This document shows positions 62,546-64,000 of a stretch of 64,000 bases of DNA, piece by piece. The DNA is from a virus. Each line of letters begins with the position of its first letter. Position 1 is the first letter of the stretch. The translations under genes and the position numbers were made by a program. Under the pieces are notes generated by a model, which saw only the letters and a program-made list of their open reading frames with translations, did not search any database and had not been told where the DNA came from. The stretch is taken from positions 13,540-77,539 of IMG/VR virus record IMGVR_UViG_3300044611_002115; one strand, 5' to 3'.

Positions 62546-63091
62546 GTGCAAGAGGGCATTCCATACACCATCGCAAGCGCGGCCACGCAGGGGAGCAGAT
62601 ACGTTCCAATGTTGCAACAGTTGCAGCAGCTCTATCGTCCCCACGGCGTCGCGTTCCGCCCCGTCGAGTTCAAGGACATGGGCGGGTGGGCACCCAACAC
62701 GCACAGCAAGCCCCTCCTCGTCCATCACATGATTGCGCTGGGAAAGACGGCGCTGCTAGTGGACGCTGACACCGCTATTCTCCCGCCCCCGCCATTCCTG
62801 CCCGAAGGGGAGTGGGACGTGGGGCTGCTGGATCAGTTTGTGCAGGGGCATAAGAATCCGTGGGCGGCGTCCGTGTTTGCCGTGCAGCCCACGCAGGCGT
62901 CGCTCCTGTGGGTGAGCGAGTGGCTGGCGCTGTGTTTGCAGAACCGCGCACAGTGCGACCACGGGCACATGACCAGCTCCATCATCCGCGCCAAGGATCG
63001 CGGCCTCAAAGTCATTGACCTCGCAAGCACGCTCAAGGGCCGCGTGCTGTTCAACCACCTAACGCCCGACCGCAAGCAGGCGTCATTCTAA
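62546..63091 (+). CDS. Nucleotide-diphospho-sugar transferase (GT-A)
   Basis: W..N..SKP...LLVDADT (DxD), ASVF.V, W...C...CD; start uncertain. Confidence 0.72.
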   Translation: MQEGIPYTIASAATQGSRYVPMLQQLQQLYRPHGVAFRPVEFKDMGGWAPNTHSKPLLVHHMIALGKTALLVDADTAILPPPPFLPEGEWDVGLLDQFVQGHKNPWAASVFAVQPTQASLLWVSEWLALCLQNRAQCDHGHMTSSIIRAKDRGLKVIDLASTLKGRVLFNHLTPDRKQASF

Positions 63092-63657
63092 TGGACACGG
63101 GCATCTTCACACCGCAGGAAGCGCAGCAGTTGAGCAGCCAGCACGACGGGAGGCTCATGGAGTTTGTGACCAACTACTTCAAGCGGGGCAGGGGGAGCGC
63201 CACGACGGACTTTGGGTGCGGGGACGGGGCAAACCTGCGCGCGATGCACACGTGGGGCGCACCGCCTGTCCTGATGGGCGTGGAGGGCACGTGGCATCGC
63301 TACGCTTGTGGCATGCCCCGCGTCATGCAGTGGGACTTGAGCGTGCCCCTGTGGCTGGGAGAGGCGCATGTTGGCAACGTGCTATCGCTGGAAGTAGGGG
63401 AGCACATCCCACAAGAGTTTGAAGGCGTGTTTCTCGACACCCTCTGCCGCCACTGCAACTCCCGCATGGTGCTGAGCTGGGCGCTGCCGGAACAGCGCGG
63501 CACGCGCCACGTGAACCCCCGCACAAACGAATGGGTGATTGCGGAACTGCGCAAGCGCGGGTTCATGCACGACACCAACGCCACGGACGCATTCCGCGCC
63601 GCTGCGAAACTCCCGTGGTTCAAGCACAGCATCATGGCATTCATCAAAATTTTATGA
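63091..63657 (+). CDS. Class I SAM-dependent methyltransferase of the glycan-associated type
   Basis: DFGCGDG, DLSVP, SLEVGEHIP, SWA.P.Q.G..HVN. Confidence 0.85.
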   Translation: MDTGIFTPQEAQQLSSQHDGRLMEFVTNYFKRGRGSATTDFGCGDGANLRAMHTWGAPPVLMGVEGTWHRYACGMPRVMQWDLSVPLWLGEAHVGNVLSLEVGEHIPQEFEGVFLDTLCRHCNSRMVLSWALPEQRGTRHVNPRTNEWVIAELRKRGFMHDTNATDAFRAAAKLPWFKHSIMAFIKIL

Positions 63658-64000
63658 GCACACAGCACACAGCAGCGCGCAAGCGCAAGCGGCCCCAAGC
63701 AGACCCCCAGCCACCCCCAGCCACCCCACGGAAGCGGGAGGGCGTGCGCAGCACCCCCAGCGCGCCGCAGGAGATACCCCACAAAAAGGCGGGGAAAACG
63801 GGGCAGGGGGCGTCGGCAGGGGTGCAGCGTCCCTCCAAATCGGCCCCGCTTTCGCACAAAAAGGCGGATAAAAACGTCCAGAGGGGGGCTGGGAGTGCAC
63901 AGCCAGCGGAAACAGCCCCCACACGCAGGGGCGCGCGGGCAACTGCGCAGGCACCCGTGGGCGAGGCACCCGCACGGGCACGGGGCAGGCGGGGGCAGGC

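Larger units (their letters stand above)
12..62625. repeat. Dispersed 13-bp palindrome TGCAACWGTTGCA (24 perfect copies, 2 near-perfect)
   Basis: Perfect copies start at 2645, 4845, 8835, 12795, 15102, 17506, 21585, 23112, 28090, 30422, 32322, 33546, 35830, 38940, 40726, 42456, 44149, 48941, 50860, 52387, 54842, 58620, 59909 and 62613. Variants at 12 (central G) and 10953 (one mismatch). Confidence 0.97.
1..64000 (+). mobile_element. Tailed dsDNA bacteriophage genome (siphovirus-like), large part
   Basis: Portal, protease, capsid, neck, tail tube, frameshifted chaperone and tape measure genes, plus a full replication module. Nearly all ORFs are co-oriented and abut with ATGA overlaps. No host housekeeping context is present. 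Confidence 0.96.

Noticed and set aside
2645-62625. Palindrome as a mere by-product of LQQLQ codons avoiding CTGCAG/CAGCTG
   Set aside because: It also occurs in the AATVA frame and in eight intergenic positions, and is evenly spaced.
63091-63657. DNA methyltransferase
   Set aside because: No DPPY/NPPY or PC motif; the LEVGEH pattern and GT neighbour point to a glycan or small-molecule methyltransferase.

Overview
The window looks like most of a high-GC (roughly 64-65% by eye) tailed dsDNA phage genome, with almost every gene on the + strand. From left to right it holds: early hypotheticals, an ATP-dependent ligase and GroES (0-4.8 kb); HK97-type portal, MuF with a C-terminal HExxH domain, and prohead protease (4.9-9.8 kb); an Mtd-N/LRR fibre, lysis cassette and KpsS-like gene sitting between the protease and the major capsid protein (9.8-15.1 kb); capsid, neck and non-contractile tail genes with a -1 frameshifting chaperone (15.3-26.9 kb); a glycosyltransferase; a Ycf46-like AAA+ / DUF1257 / DUF2997 cluster (28.2-31.6 kb); a 204-nt tRNA-shaped RNA; replication and recombination genes (32.5-49 kb: lambda-O-like initiator with iterons, DnaB, UDG-PolA fusion, primase, gp32-like SSB, SF2 helicase, RecA, resolvase, Cas4-like, GIY-YIG, HNH); a histone-H1-like protein; and many small accessory ORFs ending in a glycosyltransferase and a methyltransferase. 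I recognised no terminase, integrase, reverse transcriptase or CRISPR array. The most striking unexplained signals are: (1) a 13-bp palindrome, TGCAACWGTTGCA, found 24 times perfectly at quasi-regular 1.2-5 kb intervals, inside genes in different frames and next to promoters; (2) a tRNA whose anticodon loop is replaced by a structured insert of about 124 nt; (3) a phage-borne AAA+/DUF1257/DUF2997 module, together with an Arg-rich 'RxRRR-L-E/D-hydrophobic' tag shared by many unrelated proteins. Family assignments come from motif recognition by eye, not database searches. A PVC-group (Verrucomicrobiota/Planctomycetota) host is an inference.
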